Assembly (NCBI GenBank): GCA_045636265.1
Contig: JAZTXD010000078.1
Span: 66,967-130,966 of the forward strand
Reading direction: 5' to 3'
Length of the DNA stretch: 64,000 nt
DNA from: Candidatus Flemingiibacterium sp.
GTDB taxonomy: Bacteria > Bacillota > Clostridia > Oscillospirales > CAG-272
Both the position numbers and the translations under genes were made by a program. The notes below the pieces were generated by a model. That model saw nothing but the letters and a program-made list of their open reading frames with translations, ran no database searches and was not told where the DNA came from. The first letter of the stretch is position 1; every line of letters starts with the position of its first letter. This document shows, piece after piece, positions 18,025 through 26,932 of the stretch.

Positions 18025-19188
18025 TTAATCTAAGCTCGGGATGATAAGATTTTGACCGATATATATCTTATTTACATCGGAAATGCCGTTTAGAGCCATT
18101 ATTATCCTGTAGTTTGATAGGTAGTCCAAGCCGTTCTTGATGCAAATTGAAGACAAAGAGTCTCCTGCTTCGACGGTATACATGATGAAGTCAATACTGT
18201 TTTCACTTTGAGAAGGCATATCGGTGCTTGAATTATCCTGTTGTTGTTCGATATAACTTTTTAATTCAGTTAGCAGAATCTCTTGGTTTTCCAATTCGAT
18301 CTCATGATTTTCCAATTTGCTCAATAGATCTGCAGCCGTAGTTTTATCTGAACTATCAAGAATTCCATCAATAAAATAACTTTGTAAAGTTGTTATTTCA
18401 GCACCCTGTCTTTCAATTATATCTCTTTGTGCATCTAATGCTTCATTAAAGTCTGAAACAATCTCATTTTGTTTATCAATACGTTCCTGATAGTCTTTAT
18501 ATAATGAAATCAAGGAAATCCCCATAATTAGCGATATGACACTTAATATAGATACAACAGAAATTAGCGCCTTATTTGAGTTCCGCTTTGGCTGGACTAT
18601 CTCTTTTTTGATTTGTTCAATCTTAATTGGTTTGCCCACATCGTCATAGACATAGTACCCTTTGAGTTTTTCAATTTTTCCGTTTTTCCATTGGAAGAAT
18701 CCACGAATATTTTGAATCGGGTCAATTACATAGGCAATCTGGAATGGAAGATTAAAGAAATTCTCTTGGATAAACATGTCGTAATTTGACAAGAAAATTC
18801 CGTAGTTTGGATGCGTATGCTGCCAACCGATTATCTTCTTGTCCGGATACAAACGCTCGTGTTCCGAATGAATGTAGTCCCATGTCTCATGGGTAAAAGT
18901 AAGGGTGGAGGCAGAGGCGTCCGTGTATTTGGCTTCAACAAAGTTAGAGATTATCACATTTGTTTTTCCGAGCTCTTGACAGTAATCACCGAGGAGGATA
19001 CTGCCAAGTTCTTTGCTTGTGTCTGAAGCTGACAATTTTTCAAGTGCCTTGTAAATATCCTGTTTGATATATACCTTCACATCATCATTCTCAATTTCTC
19101 CGAAAGTCAAGAAATTCATAGGAAGTTGAACACTGCCAGTATCTTCTGTTTTTTCTTCTCCAAATTCTATTTCGAAATTCCTATCCAC
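18025..19188 (-). CDS. membrane-anchored JAB/JAMM (MPN+) metallopeptidase with extracytoplasmic coiled coil and C-terminal LysM domain
   Basis: IIGWQHTHPNYGIFLSNYD (HxH-x7-S-x2-D), one TM (ALISVVSILSVISLIMGISLISL), LysM YTVEAGDSLSSICIKNG...IYIGQNLIIP. GTG start 7 nt after GGAGG. Confidence 0.85.
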   Translation of the reverse strand: MDRNFEIEFGEEKTEDTGSVQLPMNFLTFGEIENDDVKVYIKQDIYKALEKLSASDTSKELGSILLGDYCQELGKTNVIISNFVEAKYTDASASTLTFTHETWDYIHSEHERLYPDKKIIGWQHTHPNYGIFLSNYDMFIQENFFNLPFQIAYVIDPIQNIRGFFQWKNGKIEKLKGYYVYDDVGKPIKIEQIKKEIVQPKRNSNKALISVVSILSVISLIMGISLISLYKDYQERIDKQNEIVSDFNEALDAQRDIIERQGAEITTLQSYFIDGILDSSDKTTAADLLSKLENHEIELENQEILLTELKSYIEQQQDNSSTDMPSQSENSIDFIMYTVEAGDSLSSICIKNGLDYLSNYRIIMALNGISDVNKIYIGQNLIIPSLD

Positions 19189-19200
19189 TATATTACCTCC

Positions 19201-20097
19201 TTATACAAACAGTATCGCAGTTAACAATGCATATCCAATAAGCGTAAGAACAGTAGCAGTAGTATTTACACCGCAATTTTTCAGAATAAACTGCGTTTTA
19301 TACGGCTCGCTCATGGTTTTAGCTTGATTGGCTTTGTTTTCAAGGAATTTCATATAAATATCGTTTCCAAAAACGCCAAGGACAATATACCCTGCAAACA
19401 AGAGCAACGAAAGAAAAACGGAACCAATTAGTGATAGCAAAAACGCCACTCCAAGAAGACCCGCACCATAACCATACATTTTTCGGTATATCATCCAATA
19501 AGGCGTAACCAAAAAAGCTGCCCAGTTCCACGATGTATTCTTGTTGTTTGATTTTAATTCTCGAAATTTTGGGATATAGTATTCCGCCTTAATTCCGATA
19601 AGCTGTTGAACATCATAATCAATGACGGTGCTTTGCTGTGATTGATAGCTATTATACCCATTAGAGTTATAATTGTTTGACGAATCAACATAGGAATAAA
19701 GATTTGTGCTTGCAGGATTTACTCGTGTATAAGCTATGGCCTGATGCTCTTGTTCAAAGCCCGTTGTAAGCCTATTGCCACACTTAGAACAAAACGAAGA
19801 AGAAGCATTGCTTTGTGCTCCGCATTTCGTGCAGTAAACCACACTGGATGGCGTATCATTTCTCCTTACGTCATCATAATTCATGTGGTTTGTGGTAACA
19901 GATGTAATAGTATCATCTGCAGACTTTATTGTACCAAGGCAGCCGAAAGTAGTACAGCCTTGATTTTCAACCCAACAATCTTTGTGGTGTGGCATATCGC
20001 ACTCGCTACAAACAACTATCGCATCATTAGACTTAAATTCGGTTTTGCAGAAAGGACAAATCTTGCCGGTATAATCATTCACCGATATTTCCTCCAT
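19201..20097 (-). CDS. RING/PHD-type (C4HC3) zinc-finger + zinc-ribbon protein with C-terminal multi-TM DUF2628-like domain (E3-like, paralog 3)
   Basis: CPFC-x12-CSEC-x3-HH-x2-C-x6-C-x4-C, then CTKCG-x10-CSKCG, then NWAAFLVTPYWMIYRKMYGYG. ATG 20097 is preceded by GGAGG. The track's longer ORF to 20313 is the alternate frame of the neighbour's repeat. Confidence 0.8.
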   Translation of the reverse strand: MEEISVNDYTGKICPFCKTEFKSNDAIVVCSECDMPHHKDCWVENQGCTTFGCLGTIKSADDTITSVTTNHMNYDDVRRNDTPSSVVYCTKCGAQSNASSSFCSKCGNRLTTGFEQEHQAIAYTRVNPASTNLYSYVDSSNNYNSNGYNSYQSQQSTVIDYDVQQLIGIKAEYYIPKFRELKSNNKNTSWNWAAFLVTPYWMIYRKMYGYGAGLLGVAFLLSLIGSVFLSLLLFAGYIVLGVFGNDIYMKFLENKANQAKTMSEPYKTQFILKNCGVNTTATVLTLIGYALLTAILFV

Positions 20098-21217
20098 CTT
20101 CGTTTGGTTCTTGGAGTGCATCATCTGTTGAAGCATTTGTTGAGTCATCTGTTGAAACATCTGCCGAGTCATCTGTCGAAGCGTCTGCCGAGTCATCTGT
20201 CGAAGCATCTGCTGAGTCATCTGTTGAAGCATCTGCTGAGTCATCCGTTGACTCGTCAGTTGCATCATCGTCAGAAGTGCTATTGTCAGAAGTGCTATTG
20301 TCAGAAGAATCATCTATTGTTTCGCCACCCGGTATAGTTGGCTCAGATTCTGGTTTAACAAAAATTCCCGCCTGGCTCAAAATGTCACTTAAATCTTCAA
20401 TTTGGCTGTTCAGTCCTTCGATTTCGGATGTTTGGGAAGAAATAAGCTGATGCATATATGCAAGACTTTGGTTTGCAGAGTCAACAAGTGTTCGCTGTTG
20501 GCTTTCAATTTTTTCAAGTTTGTTATTCGTTGAAATGTTGGAGAAAATCAAAAATACAACTGCAACGGAAAGGATAGCGAGTAGGATATTTTTTCCACTA
20601 AAAATTGTTGTATCTTCTTTTTGAACTACTTCATCATTCTCCACATCTACATCAATGTTTACACCGGTTTTATCATAAATGTAAAATCCTTTACACTTTT
20701 CGATTTTTCCGTTAATCCAGAAATAGAATCCCTCAATATTCTGGATTGGGTCAACTACGTAAGCAACTTGATGGTCCTCGTTAAAGAAATTTTGATGAAT
20801 AAATCTATCATATTCAGACAGAAAAATACCGAAGTCCGGATGCGTATGAATCCAACCTACAATTTTTTTGCCTTTATGCTTTTTTTCGATTTCTTTATGT
20901 ACATGCTCCCATGTTTCATGGGTGAACTTCAAAGTGGTGGGGGTTGAATCACAATGTTTAGCTTCAACAAAACCGCTAATTACAATATTAGTTTTTCCAA
21001 ATTCTTCAATTACCGAACCAACAAGCATACCGCCACTTTCGTTGGTAGTTTTATTCTCGGTAAAGTTATGAATCTCTTTGTACGCCTTTTGCGAAATATA
21101 TATGTTTTTGTTTTCTTCTACACGCTCGCCAATAGGGAGAATGTTCTGGGGCAGTACGTTCTCCGGCATTTCTGTTGCAATATTCTTTTTTATTTTGTTT
21201 TTTGCTTTCTTAGCCAT
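20075..21217 (-). CDS. membrane-anchored JAB/JAMM metallopeptidase with coiled coil and acidic STDDSADA-repeat tail
   Basis: ESGGMLVG...IVGWIHTHPDFGIFLSEYD, one TM, 8-aa tandem repeats at the C-terminus. ATG 21217 follows GGGAG. Confidence 0.85.
   Translation of the reverse strand: MAKKAKNKIKKNIATEMPENVLPQNILPIGERVEENKNIYISQKAYKEIHNFTENKTTNESGGMLVGSVIEEFGKTNIVISGFVEAKHCDSTPTTLKFTHETWEHVHKEIEKKHKGKKIVGWIHTHPDFGIFLSEYDRFIHQNFFNEDHQVAYVVDPIQNIEGFYFWINGKIEKCKGFYIYDKTGVNIDVDVENDEVVQKEDTTIFSGKNILLAILSVAVVFLIFSNISTNNKLEKIESQQRTLVDSANQSLAYMHQLISSQTSEIEGLNSQIEDLSDILSQAGIFVKPESEPTIPGGETIDDSSDNSTSDNSTSDDDATDESTDDSADASTDDSADASTDDSADASTDDSADVSTDDSTNASTDDALQEPNEDGGNIGE
20121..20300. repeat. coding tandem repeat: 6 x 24 nt (20121-20264) then 2 x 15 nt (20271-20300)
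   Basis: Units TCATCTGTTGAAGCATCTGCTGAG and variants, read directly from the sequence. Confidence 0.9.
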
Positions 21218-21222
21218 CTTTC

Positions 21223-22116
21223 TTACTCCCATACATCAATATCGAAATCCGTTCTTTCCCTCGGATCATATTGTAATGTAATATTTTTCTTTTTTTGATA
21301 TATTAACAAAACAGCAAACACGATATTTCCAATTAAAGATACTCCTGCAATGAAGAACGCAACATAAGTAACCATAGGAAGCTGCTCGTTATCGTAGTAA
21401 TCAGTTTTGTTTTCTTCGTTTTCATTTTCTGCCGTATAAGGCAGAGTTACTTCTGGCACTTCGATGTTTTGCAAAACATTTCCGTTTGTGTTTAACTCAA
21501 TTCCAAGAGATATAAGATAACTGCAAATCCTTGTTATCGGAATTGCCAGACCAATCCCTTCACTATCAAACATTTTTAATGTATTCATTCCAAGAACTTC
21601 GCCAGCATCATTAAGCAAGGGGCCGCCGCTATTACCCTCATTGATAGGGGCATCAATTTGAATATAAGAACGTTTTCCGATTATTCTCTCCTTAGCGGAA
21701 ACGCCACCTTTGGTAAGGGTATAGGCCATGCCCTTGGGGGCACCTATAGCATAAATATCATCACCAGTTTTCATTGTTGAAAGATCAGCAACCGTCAAAA
21801 AAGGAAAACTGACATCATTCACAACCAAAACAGCTATATCTTCATCCTCATTTATACCAAGAACAGATGCACCATACTCAGTACCTCCATAAGTGACGAC
21901 AGAGATACGTTTAGTGTTTTCAATAACGTGTGCGTTAGTTACTATGCAGTTTTCACCGATAGCAAACCCGCTGCCCATAGAATTCCCAGAGTATATGACG
22001 AAAACTGATTCATAAGCGTTTTCGGCTTCAAAGCCTATTGCACTCACGGATAAAGCGGAGGCGAATACTACCGCCACCACAATCATCAAAGAGAGTAATC
22101 CTCTGATTGGTTTCAC
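21223..22116 (-). CDS. exported trypsin-like (S1/HtrA-type) serine protease with C-terminal membrane anchor
   Basis: Signal peptide ...ALSVSA. Catalytic triad contexts TNAHV, DIAVL and GNSGGPL. C-terminal TM. GTG start after AGGAGG. Confidence 0.85.
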   Translation of the reverse strand: MKPIRGLLSLMIVVAVVFASALSVSAIGFEAENAYESVFVIYSGNSMGSGFAIGENCIVTNAHVIENTKRISVVTYGGTEYGASVLGINEDEDIAVLVVNDVSFPFLTVADLSTMKTGDDIYAIGAPKGMAYTLTKGGVSAKERIIGKRSYIQIDAPINEGNSGGPLLNDAGEVLGMNTLKMFDSEGIGLAIPITRICSYLISLGIELNTNGNVLQNIEVPEVTLPYTAENENEENKTDYYDNEQLPMVTYVAFFIAGVSLIGNIVFAVLLIYQKKKNITLQYDPRERTDFDIDVWE

Positions 22117-22140
22117 GATATTACTCGCCTCCTAATCCAT

Positions 22141-24030
22141 TTATTTAGTATTAAACACCAGCACAGAGTTGCCTATTGCAATTGCATCACCTTGACGCAA
22201 TACATGGCGTACTGTTTTCTGACCATTTACGATGGTGCCCATAGGAGTACCGCAGTCGGTCAAAACATACTTGCTACCTTCAAGCTTGATGTCGCAGTGA
22301 TGCGGACCGACAAGCTTATCTTTGAACAGTACAATGGTGTTTTTGCCGTTGTTACCAATGCTCGTGGTTCCTGCAAATACAAGATACTCTTTACCTTCAA
22401 ATTCACCACGGATAACTTTAAGCCATGCAGCTTTTGCAAACTGTTCAAGCAGACCGACACCTACGCCAATCAAAATGCCCATCACACCAATGGCAACACC
22501 TCTGGCAACGACGTCATTGGGGATAACATCGCAAACATAGTTAAACAGGAAACCGCCGATAAAGGCTCCCACCAAACCACCAAGAGCGCAGAAAAGTATA
22601 CGCTTCTTTTCCGGCTTTATTAAGCCGGCCGATACGCCAATACCGAGACCCATGATAGCCCAGCCCAAGCCGCGAATGAGTGCAGCTGTGAAATCGGCAG
22701 GATCATCTCCCAAAAGTTCAGCGTACATCCACTGTGCCAAGTAACCACTTATAAATCCGATAACAAGTGATACACAAGCGCCGATCAGTGCATATTTGAT
22801 TGCCTTTTCTTTAGAACCATAGTAGATTCCTTCACCAATTCCAAGGAACAATCCAATAAAGAGTGCAATAGCAGCAGACCAAAGAGCTGTACTTGTTCTT
22901 GTAACAATCGCCAGCGCATCCCAAAGGTCATCCTCATCTTCATCGTAAGTGTTCTCATACACTTCATAGAGAGCGTCATTTGCTTTATCATCATACGCTG
23001 AATAATCTTCAAGATAATCTATTGCTTTGTCTGATGCTCCATTTGAGAGCCAATCAGTGAAAGTGTTGCTTGCCTCGGCGTTTTTGTTTTCTTTTTTGCA
23101 ATACGCTTCAAATTCGTCGTATGCTTTCTCCCATGCAGAATCGGCTTTTGCTGTATATTCGAGATACTCAACAAATTCTGAACGTCCACAAAGTCTGGCG
23201 GCAGTCACGTCACTTGTAAGATTAGTTTCTGTTAACTCAGAAACACCAAATCCAATAAATGAACCTATTAAAGCCCAAAGTAAACCTTTGACTAAAATAG
23301 TCTTGAAATTCAGCTTGTTACTCTTTACTGTTCCACCGTGAGATACCGTTTGCATTCTCTGAGCAGTGGGGACAAACTCTATCCCGGCAAGTTCTTCAGC
23401 GGTAATCTCGAAGTCGTTCTCGTCAGTTTTTTCCAACACAGCAACAGGAGCAACGGTGGTATCGGGAGCAATATCTGTAGGAACTTCGGGGGCAGTAGTC
23501 GTATCTTCCATTACTGAGCCATCATCCCCAAACAAGTCAATCTCAACAACTTCTTTTGAAGAAGCATAGTCAGCGATATATAGGTCTATATTCCCAACCG
23601 GGAACAAGTGCTTGTTTTCCATAGCCCATTGAGCTGCGTCCGCAGACAGAGGGCTATAAGAGTTCCATGACTTGTACTGAATCATATCACCTATATTTAT
23701 GATAATATCGCTCAAAGATTCTCCCGCACCCCAGATATCTCCAATGCAAATTTGTCCATCACGGAAGTTTGGATGCCAAATGGGTGTAAGAATTTTACAG
23801 ATAGGTTTATAACGAGGATAATCAGCATGGAGAGTTATTTCAATTTCATGCCTACCTAAAGTTTCAATTCTACCGTCTTCTAAGAGGTAAATACCGTTCA
23901 CAAAATATGTAACGTGATATTTTTCCGGCAGCTCATCACCAATGGGCGTAACGATAATATTTTTGTGACCAGTAAAGTCTTTTTTTACTTGCTCATAGTC
24001 AGAGGCAAGTCGTCTCATTCTTGCAGTCAT
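22141..24030 (-). CDS. E2 (UBC-fold) ubiquitin-conjugating-enzyme-like domain fused to a polytopic membrane region and a C-terminal FHA-like domain
   Basis: N-terminus RLASDYEQVKKDF...YPRYKPICKILTPIWHPNFRDGQICIGDIW...SPLSADAAQW (HPN 86-88, Cys95). About 6 predicted TM helices. C-terminus IGNNGKNTIVL...HHCDI...YVLTDCGTPMGTIVNGQK...GDAIAIGNSVLVF. Confidence 0.85.
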   Translation of the reverse strand: MTARMRRLASDYEQVKKDFTGHKNIIVTPIGDELPEKYHVTYFVNGIYLLEDGRIETLGRHEIEITLHADYPRYKPICKILTPIWHPNFRDGQICIGDIWGAGESLSDIIINIGDMIQYKSWNSYSPLSADAAQWAMENKHLFPVGNIDLYIADYASSKEVVEIDLFGDDGSVMEDTTTAPEVPTDIAPDTTVAPVAVLEKTDENDFEITAEELAGIEFVPTAQRMQTVSHGGTVKSNKLNFKTILVKGLLWALIGSFIGFGVSELTETNLTSDVTAARLCGRSEFVEYLEYTAKADSAWEKAYDEFEAYCKKENKNAEASNTFTDWLSNGASDKAIDYLEDYSAYDDKANDALYEVYENTYDEDEDDLWDALAIVTRTSTALWSAAIALFIGLFLGIGEGIYYGSKEKAIKYALIGACVSLVIGFISGYLAQWMYAELLGDDPADFTAALIRGLGWAIMGLGIGVSAGLIKPEKKRILFCALGGLVGAFIGGFLFNYVCDVIPNDVVARGVAIGVMGILIGVGVGLLEQFAKAAWLKVIRGEFEGKEYLVFAGTTSIGNNGKNTIVLFKDKLVGPHHCDIKLEGSKYVLTDCGTPMGTIVNGQKTVRHVLRQGDAIAIGNSVLVFNTK

Positions 24031-24047
24031 ACTATGTCTAATCCTCC

Positions 24048-24521
24048 TTAATCATTTCCTTTAGTAGGCTTTACGACATTGATTTTAAGCGCAGATATAC
24101 AAGCAATGAGAAGTCCCACGCAAATATAAATTCCCTTACTAATCTGAGCAGCCGCAATTTTGCCACCTCTGAGACATGCCTCAATAATGTAATTATAGGC
24201 ATAGCCACCAACATATTCAGTCATAGTGTATGAACTGATGTAATCGGATGGGGCACTGATACCAATACCAACAATTAACATAATAATTCCAACAGCTAAA
24301 CAGCCGACCGGAATAACATTGCTCATTATAGTTTTTTTGACATCAATTTTATCCTTCTGTCCGTTTTTTAGTTTGATGTTCATGTTGTACTGCTGGATGG
24401 GAGTAGGTTCAGATGCCGCCTGTGTATTGCATCTCTCGCCACATTGGGGACAAAAAGATGCATTTATATCAAGTTCTGTTCCGCATTTGAAACAGAACTT
24501 TTTGTTTGCTTCAGTATTCAT
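24048..24521 (-). CDS. zinc-ribbon membrane protein
   Basis: CFKCG-x10-CPQCG followed by 2-3 TM segments. Confidence 0.65.
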   Translation of the reverse strand: MNTEANKKFCFKCGTELDINASFCPQCGERCNTQAASEPTPIQQYNMNIKLKNGQKDKIDVKKTIMSNVIPVGCLAVGIIMLIVGIGISAPSDYISSYTMTEYVGGYAYNYIIEACLRGGKIAAAQISKGIYICVGLLIACISALKINVVKPTKGND

Positions 24522-24538
24522 AATAATTCTCCTTCAAT

Positions 24539-25726
24539 TTACATCCCTTCAAAAACTTCTGCTTCATCTGATGTAAATTCATAATATGTAGTATTCGCAC
24601 CAACCCTGCCACCAATAATGTGTAACACTGGAATACCAATATCAAAAGGCGTTTTATCAAGGAAATCTTCTTCGCCTTTAATGGAATGAACACTATCAAA
24701 AGTCATTTGATTGCCACATTTTGGACAAGTCAGCATATTGCCTTTGAGCTTATGAACCGGCGTGAATAAATCCTTACATTCGCCGCAAGAGCATTTAGCA
24801 GTCGTAGCAATGTCCCTATCAAAATCGAGAACAGCTTTTTCTCCGAGTTCATTTCGGATTTCTGCTAAAATTTCTTTGAGAGTGATTGTTTTAACAGACC
24901 AGGGCTTTTCTACAATCTTTTCGTATGTATCATGGCTCATGCAGTCCTCTTTACGTTGATACTCCACGACATAGGAATCATGTGTTAAACCATTAAATAC
25001 ATATCCCTTGCCTGCAAGAGTAGGAAGATTTCTGTCTGCATGGAGCAACTTCAGCATTTCTTGCACTTGGATGCCTGCGATAATCGATGAAGAAGTTGGA
25101 GTGGTAGGAATTTTACCCTCCGCCATCTGCTCGTGGGTAAGCAAAGCGCAGGATTTGCGCTTGTTAATCAGCATCCAGTCCGTTTCGGTCATGGTGCATT
25201 CATAGCAAGCCCCCTGCCCGGGGATGAAGACGCGGGCAAAGCCGTTAAGCGCTTCGATAGCGCCATCAATCCAAGGTCGATCCACCTTGTAGCATGACTG
25301 GTTAATGGAAAGACGTGCCTCACGGTTATCCAAACCACCCAAAACCACATTCATTCTGCGGAACACACCCAAGCCAACATCATCAATAATGTTAGCAATA
25401 AACGCCTTAGCCTTGACATCAGGATTCATTTCCTTAGCCCGCTCGGCAGCAACTTCCGCCTTATAACGGCCCACATCACGCGCTCTGTAAAGAACTGATC
25501 GAGTGAGGTTGGTGCTTTCAATGGCATCCATATCGTATACAAGGATTCTACCGATGCCCAACAAAGCCAGATTCTTAATCAATTCATTTCCGATAGCACC
25601 AGCGCCTACGACCATGATAGTTGCATTTTTTAGCCGCTCCTGATCCCACCAGGGAATCAGCCGAAGACGAGCGTAGCGGTCTTCTTCAAAGTCAGAGCTT
25701 TTCAGCTCAAGGGTATCATTCTCCAT
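24539..25726 (-). CDS. E1-like adenylyltransferase (ThiF/MoeB/UBA family)
   Basis: VVGAGAIGNE nucleotide loop, NLTRS, GLDNREAR, CYEC and CSCGEC...CPKCG zinc motifs, candidate crossover-loop Cys in KRKSCALL. Confidence 0.9.
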   Translation of the reverse strand: MENDTLELKSSDFEEDRYARLRLIPWWDQERLKNATIMVVGAGAIGNELIKNLALLGIGRILVYDMDAIESTNLTRSVLYRARDVGRYKAEVAAERAKEMNPDVKAKAFIANIIDDVGLGVFRRMNVVLGGLDNREARLSINQSCYKVDRPWIDGAIEALNGFARVFIPGQGACYECTMTETDWMLINKRKSCALLTHEQMAEGKIPTTPTSSSIIAGIQVQEMLKLLHADRNLPTLAGKGYVFNGLTHDSYVVEYQRKEDCMSHDTYEKIVEKPWSVKTITLKEILAEIRNELGEKAVLDFDRDIATTAKCSCGECKDLFTPVHKLKGNMLTCPKCGNQMTFDSVHSIKGEEDFLDKTPFDIGIPVLHIIGGRVGANTTYYEFTSDEAEVFEGM

Positions 25727-26001
25727 TACATTGCACCTGCTGTAATTTCAGGCTGAAGACGAAGAACATCACCGTCTTTGATACCAGCTTCGGCAAGTGT
25801 TTGAGCTTCAAGCAGCTGCCTGCCGGTGACCTTATGGATAAACTTATAGCTAATGGGGTTGCCATCGGGACCGACAGAGGGGAGTTTAATTTTCTCCACA
25901 AGCTTTACCATGATAATGCCGCACTTAATGTCGTCCGGCAGACCAACTTTCTGTTCTTTGTTGCCAGTAGCATCCACAATAATTACATTAACTTTTGCCA
26001 T
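25726..26001 (-). CDS. ubiquitin-like beta-grasp protein (Ubl)
   Basis: 91 aa. ...TLAEAGIKDGDVLRLQPEITAGAM* is the classic Ubl C-terminal pattern. Its stop overlaps the E1 start (ATGTAATGG). Confidence 0.75.
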   Translation of the reverse strand: MAKVNVIIVDATGNKEQKVGLPDDIKCGIIMVKLVEKIKLPSVGPDGNPISYKFIHKVTGRQLLEAQTLAEAGIKDGDVLRLQPEITAGAM

Positions 26002-26031
26002 TTTAGTATTCTCCTTATTATTTTAGTTGCA

Positions 26032-26907
26032 TTAATCTAATAAGTTTTCGAGTGCTCTGTAGCAGGCGAGAAACTCATCAGTAATTTCGTTGTTATTATC
26101 ACTATATGAGTTGTAGTTGCCGGAAGGGTCTGTTGCAAGGCTGTAAAATTCTGTATACACGTTATACAAATCTTTTACTGCGTCACAGAGGTCTTCAATC
26201 TCATCTAAATCTTCTTCAGAAATATGTTCGGGAACTTTTTTGAGTTCAGAGTATAAGTCCTTCATTTGAGTGTCATACTCTCCAGCCTGGTCGATTTCAT
26301 CAGACTTATCAATCAACGCAAGCAAAATTGCAGTATCGATATCAGCTCCGTGCTTGTCTTCCCAAATGTTCTCATACCAATACTTCTGGACAGTATCGGC
26401 AATGTCTTCAAGATTAGCCCCGGCAGTTATAGACAAGGTAAGGAAATCTTCGACATTTTCAATGTACTCTTTCCTTGCTTCCTCAGCCTTCTTTTCACCT
26501 ATTGTTTTAGAAATGAAGAAACCGAGAGCAGCAACGACTACCAAAACAACTGCAATTACAATGGGGAGAGCTTTCGATTTTGCCTTTTTCTTTTCAATCC
26601 CCGTATTGAACTGGCTGATAGCAGTGTTGACATTAGTATCTACGGCCATGCCAACTTTTTGTCCACACTTAGAACAGAACTCCTGTCCGGCACCCAATGT
26701 AGCTCCGCAATTATTGCAGGCAGCAATAGGATTAGTTCCTTTTTCTTCGTAATGCTGCTCAGAGCAACCGAAAGTAGTGCACCCCTTGTTTTCTTCCCAA
26801 CACCCATCGTGGTGGGGAATGTTGCAAGCAGGGCATACTTTCACACCGTCTCCTTCTTTAATCTCCGTTTTGCAAAACGGACAAGTTTTTCCCACATAGT
26901 TTTCCAT
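26032..26907 (-). CDS. RING/PHD-type (C4HC3) zinc-finger + zinc-ribbon single-pass membrane protein (E3-like, paralog 2)
   Basis: CPFC-x12-CPAC-x3-HH-x2-C-x6-C-x4-C, CNNCG-x10-CSKCG, TM ALPIVIAVVLVVVAALGFFI, acidic helical C-terminal domain. Confidence 0.8.
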   Translation of the reverse strand: MENYVGKTCPFCKTEIKEGDGVKVCPACNIPHHDGCWEENKGCTTFGCSEQHYEEKGTNPIAACNNCGATLGAGQEFCSKCGQKVGMAVDTNVNTAISQFNTGIEKKKAKSKALPIVIAVVLVVVAALGFFISKTIGEKKAEEARKEYIENVEDFLTLSITAGANLEDIADTVQKYWYENIWEDKHGADIDTAILLALIDKSDEIDQAGEYDTQMKDLYSELKKVPEHISEEDLDEIEDLCDAVKDLYNVYTEFYSLATDPSGNYNSYSDNNNEITDEFLACYRALENLLD

Positions 26908-26932
26908 ATTATCAAACCTCCATAATTAATAA

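Noticed and set aside
20098-20313. N-terminal extension of ORF 19201..20313 (MTQQMLQQ... repeats) in the ORF track.
   Set aside because: It is the alternate reading frame of the 24-nt repeat that encodes the JAB 1 tail. A GGAGG-preceded ATG at 20097 starts the conserved RING motif, so the extension is spurious.
18025-26001. Classifying the locus as a Bil (BilABCD), type II CBASS or Bub system.
   Set aside because: There is no cyclase or effector (so not CBASS). The E2 has a Cys after HPN rather than the Ser chemistry recalled for Bub. Three RING-type genes, the FHA fusion, the membrane anchoring and the exported protease go beyond the four-gene Bil layout. I treat it as a related but distinct architecture, pending profile searches.
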